Below are positions 1 to 8,182 of a stretch of DNA of 24,000 nucleotides, one piece after another. The notes below the pieces were generated by a model that saw only the letters and a program-made list of their open reading frames with translations, searched no databases and was not told the origin of the DNA. The position numbers and the translations under genes are program-made. Numbering within the stretch: the stretch's first letter is position 1; every line of letters starts with the position of its first letter. This stretch comes from Peptostreptococcaceae bacterium VA2 (GTDB lineage Bacteria; Bacillota; Clostridia; Peptostreptococcales; Peptostreptococcaceae): NCBI GenBank assembly GCA_000686145.1, contig JMMB01000001.1:1-24000 (forward strand), written 5' to 3'.

Positions 1-1133
1 TCTATGATTTTTTATATTATCATTTATAAACTGTTTAAAAATAAAATTAATAAAAGTTCATTAAATTATTTTGAATCTCAAAATAATTATAGTGCAATAA
101 TAAATGAGCCATTTAAATTCTCCAAAACAATTAAAATAAATAGTCTTGAGAATATTTTTACACTTCGTTTAAATAATGGTTTTAATTCTTTTTTAAAATC
201 TCTATTGCATTATGGTAAAGTAACATATTTATATAACAGCTTAGAACAACTAATAGAAACTATATTTACTTCAGCTTTATTATTTATATGTGCTTTACAA
301 GTTTTAAATAAAAATATGTCAATAGGCCAAGTTACAATAATTCTTAACTATTTTGCCTTAATATTAAGTAGTTTTAGCCTATATTCTAAACTTCGGAAAA
401 AGGTATCAAGAATATAAAGTTTGCTGTGATAGATTTGAGGAATTGTTAAGTATAGATCAAGAATCTCAAGGAACTGAAATAATAGATAAAATAAATAAAA
501 AAATAACTTTGCAAAATTTTACCTATTTAGAGGGAGATAGTGTAGTAATCAATAACTTAAATTATTCATTTGAATCCGGAAATATTTTACACAATTTTTG
601 GAGCAAACGGATGTGGAAAATCTACATTGCTTTATTTTAATATCTAGAATTATTAATAATGATTCTGGGAATCTGTATTTTAATAATACAAATTCCGATT
701 TAATAGACTTTAATCATCTCAGAAAACATCATATATCTTTCTTAGAACAAGAACCAAATTTAATAAAAGATACTTTCTATAACAATATTACTTATAATAT
801 TGAAAATACTACTTCACTTGAGCAATATATAGATTTATTTAACTTAGATATTTGCTTTAATAAATTTGAAAATGGAATTAACTCTATGCTTTCTGATAAT
901 ATAGAAAAATTTATCTGGCGGAGAAAAACAAAAAAATAGGTTTAGTCAAAACATTTTTGAAAAATTCTAACTTAGTAATTCTTGATGAGCCCACATCAGC
1001 ACTTGATTCTAATAGTTGTGTGAAATTTTGAAAAAGTTATTAGCTTAATATACAAGAAAGACAAAATTTATTATAGTAGTAACTCCATGATAAAAATTTA
1101 CTTGATATAAGTGATTTTATACTTAGAGTTTAA
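1..1133 (+). pseudogene. ABC-type peptide/bacteriocin exporter (fused permease-ATPase), 5'-partial and multiply frameshifted
   Basis: ORF 4-417 is the hydrophobic tail of a transmembrane domain. Reading on across frames gives RYQEYKVCCDRFEELL, Walker A GANGCGKST (~600-626), signature LSGGEKQK (911-934), Walker B LVILDEPTSALD (~970-1008) and a C-terminus HDKNLLDISDFILRV* ending at 1133. At least 5 frame changes or stops are needed to join these pieces. Confidence 0.8.
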
Positions 1134-1183
1134 AATAATAAAATATTACTCTTGGTTAATAACTAAAAGGATGTTCTAATTTT

Positions 1184-1294
1184 ATGGAAATAATAAAGAA
1201 ATCTGAAGGTATATCTCCATATATAATTGAATGTGGCCCTAACGGGCTAGATCGTGATGGGCAATGTTCTTTAATCATCACAATGTACTTGTAA
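1184..1294 (+). CDS. Degenerate paralog of the Cys-rich RiPP precursor (conserved leader, divergent core with few Cys)
   Basis: MEIIKKSEGISPYIIECGPNG matches the first 21 aa of the 23660-23827 peptide with one substitution (I/V). The 5' UTR is also homologous but has a 4-nt insertion and a weaker RBS. After GPNG the core diverges (LDRDGQCSLIITMYL*), and Cys-containing fragments (QCTCKN) appear out of frame. Confidence 0.5.
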   Translation: MEIIKKSEGISPYIIECGPNGLDRDGQCSLIITMYL

Positions 1295-1351
1295 AAACTG
1301 ATGATAATTTGCCGTATGCTTGTACAGTTCCCAAAATTGTAATAATCTAAA

Positions 1352-1405
1352 AAAAATAAAAATAGAGAATTAAGTTATAAAACTTAATTCTCTATTTTTA
1401 TTTTT
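1352..1405. terminator. Bidirectional rho-independent terminator between convergent genes
   Basis: Perfect 25-bp stem (aaaaataaaaatagagaattaagtt / aacttaattctctatttttattttt) with loop ataa. A/T runs flank both sides. Confidence 0.8.
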
Positions 1406-1425
1406 TTAACAATCTATTTTCAGCT

Positions 1426-2180
1426 TTAATTATTTCTATTTACTTTATTCCATAGATATTTTGATACTATCGCCTCTACCTCTAAAGTAATCTCATTTCT
1501 TTTCTTTTTTGCCATGATACTCAAATACTCCAATATAAGTTTTTGTTCTTTAATATATAATCTACCTTCTGCTTTGAAAATCCATACTTAGTCCCTATTT
1601 TAGCTAATGAAATACCTTTAGACCTTAATTTAAATATATCCTTTACTATTTGTGCTTCTTTTTCATCAACTTCAAATTCACCATTTTTATTTACTTTATA
1701 TCCTAGTGATGGCTTACCACCAACCCATTTATTTTCATTAAGCCTTGCTATTCTACCATTGCGAGTTCGCTCATTTATAATAGCTCTTTCAAATTCTGCA
1801 AAACTTCCAAGCATCTGTAAAAATAACATCCCCTGTGGATTTGAGGTGTCAAATAACTCGGTAACACTTACCAAAGCTACTTCATACTCTTGTAATTCAT
1901 AGATCATAGCTAATAAATTGTATAAACTTCTGTGTATTCGGTCGTTCTTATAAACTACAATCATCTCTATATCATTTTCTTTAACATAATTTATCATTTT
2001 ATCATATTCTGGTCTATCTGTTGATTTACCTGAAACTGCTTTATCTATAAACATTTTATCTATCGCTATATCATGAAGCTTGCAATACATTTTTATTTTA
2101 TCTTCTTGGTCCTTTAATGAAGTATTATCTACTTGCATTAAAGTCGAGATCCTACAATATCCTACTGCTCTTTTTTTCAT
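1426..2180 (-). pseudogene. Serine recombinase (resolvase N-domain plus partial 'recombinase' domain), C-terminal part frameshifted
   Basis: N-terminus MKKRAVGYCRISTLMQ carries the catalytic-Ser motif typical of resolvase/invertase enzymes. The ATG at 2180 follows GGAGGA. Comparison with the paralog at 21368-21911 shows a 1-nt insertion after ILKNKN and a second frameshift after HGKKEKK. The restored reading (..YIGVFEYH..NEITLEVEAIVSKYLWNKVNRNN*) ends at 1426. Confidence 0.8.
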
Positions 2181-2411
2181 GTCATCCTCCAAATGTATTT
2201 TATATAATATCCTTATGTATTCCTAAGGATACCGAGATACGTGTAAAAACCGGCCACATCTTCTGTATATATGTTGGTATTACTAGATTTCACGCTTGAT
2301 TTTTTTAAAAATTATACCTTTTATCTAACCTGCGTTTTTTACGAAAAAAAGCACCAAAGTTGCTTCAATCTCTGTAAAATCAATAGCTTAGCCATTTTTT
2401 TTAATATATCG

Positions 2412-2452
2412 CTATAGTAGCCTCAGGAAAATGCGAATTTACAACGTTAAGG
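2412..2452. repeat. Third copy of the terminal-repeat motif of the 21912-22175 element
   Basis: ctatag..aaaatgcgaatttacaacgttaagg aligns with ctataa..aaaatgcggatttttaacggtaaag at 21912-21955. Nearby, 2374-2389 (gtaaaatcaatagctt) matches the reverse complement of 22073-22086. Confidence 0.45.
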
Positions 2453-2554
2453 CGATTTTGCCCGCTTATTCCAATGGATTGGTGAGTTTCTAAGAATATC
2501 TATATGGGTCCAGGACGAAATACAAGACTACACACCTGTCGGTACAAATATTAA

Positions 2555-2583
2555 AAAGTACCGCTATACTAAAACGGTACTTT
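2555..2583 (-). terminator. Rho-independent terminator of 2591-2812
   Basis: 9-bp stem aaagtaccg/cggtacttt. On the minus strand it is followed by a T-run (the complement of 2550-2554). Confidence 0.7.
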
Positions 2584-2590
2584 AAATTTT

Positions 2591-2812
2591 CTATATTTTT
2601 TTATATCTTTGAGTTCCTCCATTATCAGGAAGTGCCTCTACCGATAATACATTTAAATCTACAACTTTCTTGAAGCTTTTCCCTAAACTATACGTTTTAT
2701 TTAAACTTTGTAAATTTGACCATTCTTTACTTGTAAATAACTCTTCTAATATAAATTGCTGATTACCTGCTAACGTTTCTAATCTTCCAATTGCTCTACT
2801 TAATAAATCCAT
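2591..2812 (-). CDS. Small hypothetical protein (possibly DUF1413-like)
   Basis: 73-aa ORF with RBS AGAGGTG 6 nt upstream of the ATG. The pattern ..EELFTSKEWSNL...LGKSFKK.V resembles small DUF1413-type proteins, but this is recalled from memory. Confidence 0.55.
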   Translation of the reverse strand: MDLLSRAIGRLETLAGNQQFILEELFTSKEWSNLQSLNKTYSLGKSFKKVVDLNVLSVEALPDNGGTQRYKKI

Positions 2813-2876
2813 CTATTACACCTCTTTATATAAATTTAATATTAAATATTTTCAAATACTTTAAGTTTATTTTAAT

Positions 2877-3509
2877 TTATTCAACTTCATCAAAGAATAT
2901 AGTTTTTATAAACTCTCCAATTCTTGCTGATTCTGATTTTTTTAAATCTTTAGGTATTTCTATTTTTACATTTACATCTGGTCTTATTGGATATTCTACT
3001 GTTATAAACTCTTTTTCATCTAATTTATCTTCTAAAATTTCTCCAAGTGCTATTTGGATATCTTTATATCTATGAGTTAATTCAACACATGCTCTTGGTG
3101 ATTTTAATGAACTTCTTAAATCTAATGTCAAATCATTTCTTAAAACTGGATCACAAATCCATTTAACACCTCTTTGATGAGGATATCCTGTCCCTGTAGC
3201 TTTAGTTTTATCATATATATATTCTGTAACTATTTCTCCTATATAAACAATCTCTTCATCAGGTACAACTACATAATCTCCTATGCTCATTCTATTTACA
3301 ATAATATCTAATGTTGCTTTATCGCTAGACATTGATCTAGAACTTTTATATTCATATGTATTATTAAGTATTTCTCCAATATCCTTTATATCTTTTCCTG
3401 ATAAATCGTCTACATCATCCCATCCAGCACCTATTAAGTTATCTAATTTAAATTCTTTCATTTTATTTATGTTATTTGGTAATGGCCTAAACATCCATGC
3501 TCTTTTCAT
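2877..3509 (-). CDS. Hypothetical protein resembling the N-terminal module found on Mrr-type restriction proteins
   Basis: 210-aa ORF with RBS AAAGGGG. The pattern W.FR......F......IG.GW....DLSG ... GD.VVVP....IY.GEI...Y.......YPHQR.VKWI matches the non-catalytic N-domain I recall from Mrr-like restriction system proteins. No nuclease motif is present. Confidence 0.6.
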   Translation of the reverse strand: MKRAWMFRPLPNNINKMKEFKLDNLIGAGWDDVDDLSGKDIKDIGEILNNTYEYKSSRSMSSDKATLDIIVNRMSIGDYVVVPDEEIVYIGEIVTEYIYDKTKATGTGYPHQRGVKWICDPVLRNDLTLDLRSSLKSPRACVELTHRYKDIQIALGEILEDKLDEKEFITVEYPIRPDVNVKIEIPKDLKKSESARIGEFIKTIFFDEVE

Positions 3510-3573
3510 ATTTATACCCCTTTCAGTATTATCTTTTATCTAAATAATATCAACATTTATAAAGTAAGTCAAC

Positions 3574-3612
3574 AGAAAATTATAGATAACTTGTAGTTAT
3601 CTATAATTTTCT
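3574..3612. promoter_or_regulatory. Perfect 18-bp inverted repeat with a 3-nt centre, upstream of 2877-3509
   Basis: agaaaattatagataact-tgt-agttatctataattttct, verified as a perfect palindrome apart from the centre. It sits 65-100 nt upstream of the ATG at 3509. It could be an operator or a hairpin terminator. Confidence 0.4.
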
Positions 3613-3707
3613 ATTATTTTATTAATCATATTTTGATTGTTCTTATGATATAAATCCAATGAAAAGGTCAAGTTTGTCGGCTCAAACTTGACTAAATCGA
3701 ATCAAAA

Positions 3708-3738
3708 ATATATTGTAACTTTAGTAGTTACAATATAT
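3708..3738 (-). terminator. Rho-independent terminator of 3838-4809
   Basis: 13-bp stem atatattgtaact/agttacaatatat with loop ttagt, followed on the minus strand by TTTTTG. A second hairpin lies at 3667-3692 (gtcaagtttg/caaacttgac). Confidence 0.7.
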
Positions 3739-3837
3739 TCAAATCATTTTACCATACTTATTTTTCATATTAATTATTATATATATTAATTATATTATCA
3801 AACTTTGTCGAATTTAAATATATATTTAATATCATTA

Positions 3838-4809
3838 TTAAGATTTACTCTTCGAAGAATTTAATACTTCATTATGAATATCATTTATAATATCTAATCT
3901 TAATTTATTGAATTTACTCCTATATCCATATTTATCTTCTTTTACTTGACATGTTTTATCACTAATACGAAGTACATCTAATTCTGATATTTGATAAACT
4001 ACTTCAATTGACAAATCTCTAAAATGAATAAAATCAAGTATATTACTACATTCATTTCCTGTACTTAATACTCTTAACCATTTAATTATCCATTCTCTAT
4101 CAGAACCTTTTATATAATATACATGATTATACCAATTTTCATCGTACACTAGTCCACTATAATTTCCTCGTATATAAATATAACACCTCTCTTTAAATTT
4201 TTCTAAAGATCTCTTATCCTCATAATCTCCATTTACTTTGCATTTTAATAAGTTAAGATTTGTGTTAAATATTAACTTAAAACTCTCTAGAATATCTTCT
4301 GGTTTGTTCAAATATCTATTCGGTTTTATCATAAATGTTTTAGTATAATCATCAACAATTTTTTCTATAACGCTATCCGTTTCTTTAATACAACTATTTA
4401 ATAAATAATATAACATTTGTAGTGCATACTCTCTATCATCTTTTTTCTTACCTTTAGCTTCCATTCTAATTAATTGATATGCACCCATAAAGCTTATAAT
4501 TGGTGCTATCGTAGTTGCCAATGCTAATAATATTTCAGCATCTCTTATTCTTACATTATCCCAACCTAAAGCACCTATTCCAATCATATATGATATCATA
4601 ATTGATATCCCCACTAATATTATCCATTTATTGACTTTATTTTTTTTTTCTTGTTTATTATTAAATAATATTAATCCAGCACCTATTGCAATTCCTACTA
4701 TTATACAAAATATACTTAGTCCAATAATATTTTCACCAGTAAATATATTATAAAAAAATCTATACAATTTATCACTTAATACAAAAAATCCTTCTCGCAT
4801 TTTGTCCAC
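3838..4809 (-). CDS. Membrane-anchored hypothetical protein (N-terminal TM helices plus cytoplasmic domain)
   Basis: 323-aa ORF. The GTG start at 4809 lies 7 nt after GGGAGAG. Residues ~25-115 contain 3-4 hydrophobic helices, and the rest is soluble with no motif I recognise. Confidence 0.65.
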   Translation of the reverse strand: MDKMREGFFVLSDKLYRFFYNIFTGENIIGLSIFCIIVGIAIGAGLILFNNKQEKKNKVNKWIILVGISIMISYMIGIGALGWDNVRIRDAEILLALATTIAPIISFMGAYQLIRMEAKGKKKDDREYALQMLYYLLNSCIKETDSVIEKIVDDYTKTFMIKPNRYLNKPEDILESFKLIFNTNLNLLKCKVNGDYEDKRSLEKFKERCYIYIRGNYSGLVYDENWYNHVYYIKGSDREWIIKWLRVLSTGNECSNILDFIHFRDLSIEVVYQISELDVLRISDKTCQVKEDKYGYRSKFNKLRLDIINDIHNEVLNSSKSKS

Positions 4810-4831
4810 GCTTTATCTCTCCCTGCTAAAA

Positions 4832-4845
4832 TCTCTCTCTCTCTC
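4832..4845. repeat. (TC)7 dinucleotide repeat in the 5' leader/promoter of 3838-4809
   Basis: tctctctctctctc read directly from the sequence, 23-36 nt upstream of the start codon. Confidence 0.9.
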
Positions 4846-5096
4846 GTATTTCATTAAAGTTAAATATTTGAATAAAAAAGGAAATAATCATTGCCCTTTT
4901 TCTTGCTTTCTAAGAGCCGAATAAACTCTATCTACAATAAATTCCATCAACATACCGCTTAACTGTTCCTCTGTAAGTAATTTTTCAAAGAAAGATTGAT
5001 TACTCTCTAAATCATCTCTAAGCTAATTTTATACTTATATTTATTTCATCTTACTTTCAACATCAATTGCTTTAACTAAAAACTTTAAGATAATCT

Positions 5097-5471
5097 TTAG
5101 TATGGTCTTAAAAATGTATTTGCTGATCTTTTATAACCTTTTTGAACTCTAAATATAAGTTCTTTTTCTTCTAGTTCTTTAAACCATCTTGAAATAGTTC
5201 TTTTATCACAATTAAAATACTCTGCTATACGCTCAGAACTATGCCAGCTTTCCCCTGTGTCATTCTTCGAATGTATACCAAGGTATATGTATAATTTTAA
5301 AGCATTGCCACTTAATTCTTTTAATGCTCCTTTTTCTAAAAAATCGTTGTATATTGGAAAAAATCCATTTTTATTACTTATGTTTGCTGTCTTCCATTCT
5401 CTAAACTCATCTCTAGATTTTTGCATTAATGGTTCTGCTTGTTCTGATGTCATCGGTGATTTTTTCTCCAT
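5097..5471 (-). CDS. Winged-helix DNA-binding protein (HTH_36-like)
   Basis: 124-aa ORF with a strong RBS AAGGAGG. The segment LSGNALKLYIYLGIHS...ESWHSSERIAEYFNCDKRTISRWFKELEEKELI is a typical wHTH of phage/plasmid regulators. Confidence 0.7.
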   Translation of the reverse strand: MEKKSPMTSEQAEPLMQKSRDEFREWKTANISNKNGFFPIYNDFLEKGALKELSGNALKLYIYLGIHSKNDTGESWHSSERIAEYFNCDKRTISRWFKELEEKELIFRVQKGYKRSANTFLRPY

Positions 5472-5507
5472 AATATCCTCCTTAACTACAAAATTAAAAT
5501 TTATTGT

Positions 5508-5544
5508 ATTCTATATAGTTATATACAATATAACTATATAGAAT
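5508..5544. promoter_or_regulatory. Perfect 17-bp inverted repeat with a 3-nt centre in the divergent promoter region (candidate operator)
   Basis: attctatatagttatat-aca-atataactatatagaat, verified. It lies 37-73 nt upstream of the wHTH gene start (5471) and ~170 nt upstream of 5715. Confidence 0.55.
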
Positions 5545-5714
5545 TATACGAATAAAAGCAAGACAGTTTTTGTATTAAAAATCATAAAAAGGTAGACACA
5601 TTTTGTTATAGTTAATACATTACTTGACTTATTTAAAAAAATTAATTATTATATATTTATATCAAATTATGTAATATTATTGCATAATAATTTTGTAGTA
5701 TAGGGGTGATTGCT

Positions 5715-6326
5715 ATGGGAATAGATACAGATCCTCTTATCTTAGCTGCTAAAAGTTATGAAAAGTTAATTAATAAGAATTTCGACATAACTATAGATAC
5801 TAAAGATGGGAATACAAAGACTATTCAGGTTCATTTCAAAAAAGATAATTTTTATCATCTAATTGGATTTCACTATTTAAAAGATTTACCACAACTTAAT
5901 ACTAGACATAATAAAAAGAATAAGATTTTTAATAATGTACTACAAGGTACTATTACATATAATTCATTAAAGAGTAGTTCTCATTTTGATAATAAAATAG
6001 ATGATAGAGTTAACTATTTTCATAATATAGATAAATTACTATTTGAGAAGGTTATCTTAGACTTTGATGCATGTAACGTAAGTCTTAAAACTAATTTAAA
6101 ATGCGATTATATGTTTTTTAAGAATAAGAATGGAAAGTACATGCATCTAAGTTTAGCTCAAGATAAAAATCATTATCCAGAGAGCTTTTTTGTTAGAGAT
6201 GATAGTGCATACATCAAAGATCAAGATATATTTGATATAGTTTTAATCAAAGAAGTTGAGAAAAATAAGTCTAAAAAAATCAAAAAAAGCATCCAACATA
6301 AGTTAGATGCTTCTATAGTTAATTAG
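5715..6326 (+). CDS. PBECR4-like (Barnase-EndoU-ColicinE5/D-RelE-like) putative nuclease
   Basis: The ATG at 5715 lies 6 nt after AGGGGTG. The pattern A.SYEKLINK.F.I.......T..IQV.F.K.NFYHLIGFHYLKD matches my recollection of PBECR4-domain proteins. This assignment is unverified. Confidence 0.5.
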   Translation: MGIDTDPLILAAKSYEKLINKNFDITIDTKDGNTKTIQVHFKKDNFYHLIGFHYLKDLPQLNTRHNKKNKIFNNVLQGTITYNSLKSSSHFDNKIDDRVNYFHNIDKLLFEKVILDFDACNVSLKTNLKCDYMFFKNKNGKYMHLSLAQDKNHYPESFFVRDDSAYIKDQDIFDIVLIKEVEKNKSKKIKKSIQHKLDASIVN

Positions 6327-6440
6327 AATATATTTTTTATTCGAAGTTAAAAAACTTCTAGTCAGAAACGGCTGAATATAGAAACCGTTAATAAAATCTC
6401 AGCACTTCACTTCTCTGACAAAGCAAGCACCTCATAGATT

Positions 6441-6470
6441 AATATAACATATTGAGTTATATGTTATATT
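6441..6470 (+). terminator. Hairpin plus T-run downstream of 5715-6326
   Basis: 12-bp stem aatataacatat/atatgttatatt with loop tgagtt, followed by tttatt. Confidence 0.5.
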
Positions 6471-6570
6471 TTTATTATATACAAATTCTATGTGTTTGTA
6501 TACACATTTTTGAACATTTATGTGTAATTTAATAGACATATACCTTACATTATAGACATTTTATATGTAT

Positions 6571-7206
6571 TTATTTTATATTCTCATAAAAATCAATATA
6601 TTGATTTAGTATATAGTTAAGTAACTCTTGCTGAGTTACTCCACTATCTTTTAGATCTTCTGCTATTCTTTCAAATCCTTTTTGAACTTCTACATCTAAT
6701 TTTAATGTTTTAGCTCTATAGTCTCTTTTTCCTTGTTTAAAATTATATATTTCTTTTACTATATCTTGTTTCGTCTCCATATTACTTTCAGTAATATCTT
6801 TGTAATATTCATTTTGACCATCTAATAAATTCTTAATTCTTTCTACGTTATCCATTAGATATGTTAGACTATTTTTTTGATTAGAAGTTATCTCTAAGTT
6901 AGTTGTAATATTATTTATTACTGGAATATTACTTTCATTCCTCGGGGTACTTTTCATATTACTTTCTGTAATATTACTGTAATATTTCTTTTGTTCCCCC
7001 GCTTGTACATCAACATTTTCAAGCATGTACTGCTTTTTACTCTGGCTATATTTGTATCCAGCCTTACCAAAATTTTTACTAATAGTCTTTCTCGATATTT
7101 CTACATCCTCAGAGAATTTAGTTAATGTGGTTCCTTCTTTTAGGATATTATTTACGTACTCTATCTGAGATAATATATCTAAATTTTTAAAGTCTTCTTT
7201 GTTCAT
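6571..7206 (-). CDS. HTH DNA-binding protein with an internal tandem repeat and an RHH-like C-terminus
   Basis: The ATG at 7206 is preferred because GGAGGTG lies 7 nt upstream; the track start at 7221 is TTG. The N-terminal HTH is LTKFSEDVEISRKTISKNF. The repeat YY(S/K)(N/D)ITESNM occurs twice. The C-terminus is KTLKLDVEVQKGFERIAEDLK. Confidence 0.7.
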   Translation of the reverse strand: MNKEDFKNLDILSQIEYVNNILKEGTTLTKFSEDVEISRKTISKNFGKAGYKYSQSKKQYMLENVDVQAGEQKKYYSNITESNMKSTPRNESNIPVINNITTNLEITSNQKNSLTYLMDNVERIKNLLDGQNEYYKDITESNMETKQDIVKEIYNFKQGKRDYRAKTLKLDVEVQKGFERIAEDLKDSGVTQQELLNYILNQYIDFYENIK

Positions 7207-7223
7207 TTGTTCCACCTCCAATC

Positions 7224-7253
7224 AATATTACTTCTTGTAATATTATATATTAC
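7224..7253. promoter_or_regulatory. Overlapping ATATTAC/GTAATAT palindromes directly upstream of 6571-7206 (candidate operator)
   Basis: aatattac-ttctt-gtaatatt, then gtaatat-tat-atattac. The same heptamers recur 9 more times at 6779-6985 and 5 times at 8131-8182. Confidence 0.55.
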
Positions 7254-7398
7254 TTTTTAAAGTCTTTCTGTATGTTTTTGAAAATTAATATAACTTACAA
7301 ATAATATTTTAAATAAAACAATCTTGTATACTCCATTTAACACAGTATACAATTAGATAAGGAAATAAATTTTTCATATTAATATAAGGAGATATTCT

Positions 7399-7866
7399 AT
7401 GTTAAAAACACCTTTAGGAAATTTAATTGTTCAAAAGAATAATATAGAGATAGATTATAGTGCGATACCACAACCTTTAAGAATTTTTGATAAACTAAAT
7501 TACTATGTTGATGCAAGATATCTAATAGATATTGATACCAAAACTATTAAATCAGGTGATACAATCAAATACTTTATTGATTGCAAGAATGTTGAGACAG
7601 ATATTGATGGTGGAGAATACTTAGCACTTTTAAACTTGAGAAATAATAATCTATTGATGAGTTTAGGTGTCTATGAAATACTCTATCGTAGCCATAAAAA
7701 AGATTTTGGCTTTGATGTATGTTATATTGATAATGGCTTAGAATCATATTTTATTGATAATAAATACACTGAAAAATTTAGATTGGCGATATCATGGATA
7801 GAGTTAAAAGATGATCTGGATGAAATATCAACTTGGTATGCTTCAGATCCAACGTTATTTAATTAA
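7399..7866 (+). CDS. Hypothetical protein
   Basis: 155-aa ORF with RBS AAGGAGA 7 nt upstream and a terminator immediately downstream. I recognise no motif. Confidence 0.65.
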   Translation: MLKTPLGNLIVQKNNIEIDYSAIPQPLRIFDKLNYYVDARYLIDIDTKTIKSGDTIKYFIDCKNVETDIDGGEYLALLNLRNNNLLMSLGVYEILYRSHKKDFGFDVCYIDNGLESYFIDNKYTEKFRLAISWIELKDDLDEISTWYASDPTLFN

Positions 7867-7878
7867 ATAGATAGGAGA

Positions 7879-7919
7879 AGAGTTGAAGTAGGAGCAAAAA
7901 ACACCCCTACATCAACTCT
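7879..7919 (+). terminator. Rho-independent terminator of 7399-7866 (also the terminal stem-loop of repeat copy A)
   Basis: agagttgaagtagg / cctacatcaactct stem followed by tttttatt. Confidence 0.75.
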
Positions 7920-8130
7920 TTTTATTATATGTTGGGGTCAAACTTAAGGGTCGAGTCTGACTTCACAGATTGTAGCTGAGAAGCGCTACAAACTGTGAGG
8001 CCAGCCTCAAAACGTACTGCATGAGTTAATTCTTACTTTTCTAAATTAAATAATATTTTTCATGAAAAAAGCACTTGTAATTTTATATACTTTACAAGTG
8101 CTTTTCTATGCTTTTAATAGTATTTCTTCT

Positions 8131-8182
8131 ATATTACAAATCATATTACTACTAGTAATATCAAATATTACTTTTATATTAC
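8131..8182. repeat. Phased array of five ATATTAC/GTAATAT heptamers (iteron-like)
   Basis: The heptamers start at 8131, 8143, 8155 (inverted), 8165 and 8176, a spacing of 10-12 bp. The array lies in a non-conserved spacer of copy A. Confidence 0.6.

Noticed and set aside
443-939. Track ORFs 443-640 and 598-939 as separate genes
   Set aside because: They are consecutive out-of-frame pieces of a single ABC exporter (Walker A, signature and Walker B in order), so I merged them into one pseudogene.
2455-2550. A relatively GC-richer patch upstream of recombinase 1 as a small ncRNA
   Set aside because: I saw no convincing stem-loops, promoter or terminator pair, or second copy. The GC enrichment alone is insufficient.
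2117-3543. Track ORFs 2117-2299, 2791-3075 and 3283-3543 (plus strand)
   Set aside because: They lie antisense to, or overlap, better-supported minus-strand genes. They have no RBS and are low-complexity and I/L/F/S-rich, as expected from translating AT-rich antisense DNA.
4880-5040. Minus-strand reading ..DDLESNQSFFEKLLTEEQLSGMLMEFIVDRVYSALRKQEKGQ* between 4809 and 5097
   Set aside because: There is no upstream start codon or RBS, and an in-frame stop lies just upstream. It is probably a C-terminal gene remnant and is too weak to annotate.
5257-5541. Track ORF 5257-5541 (plus strand)
   Set aside because: It is antisense to the wHTH gene 5097-5471, runs through the operator palindrome and has no RBS.
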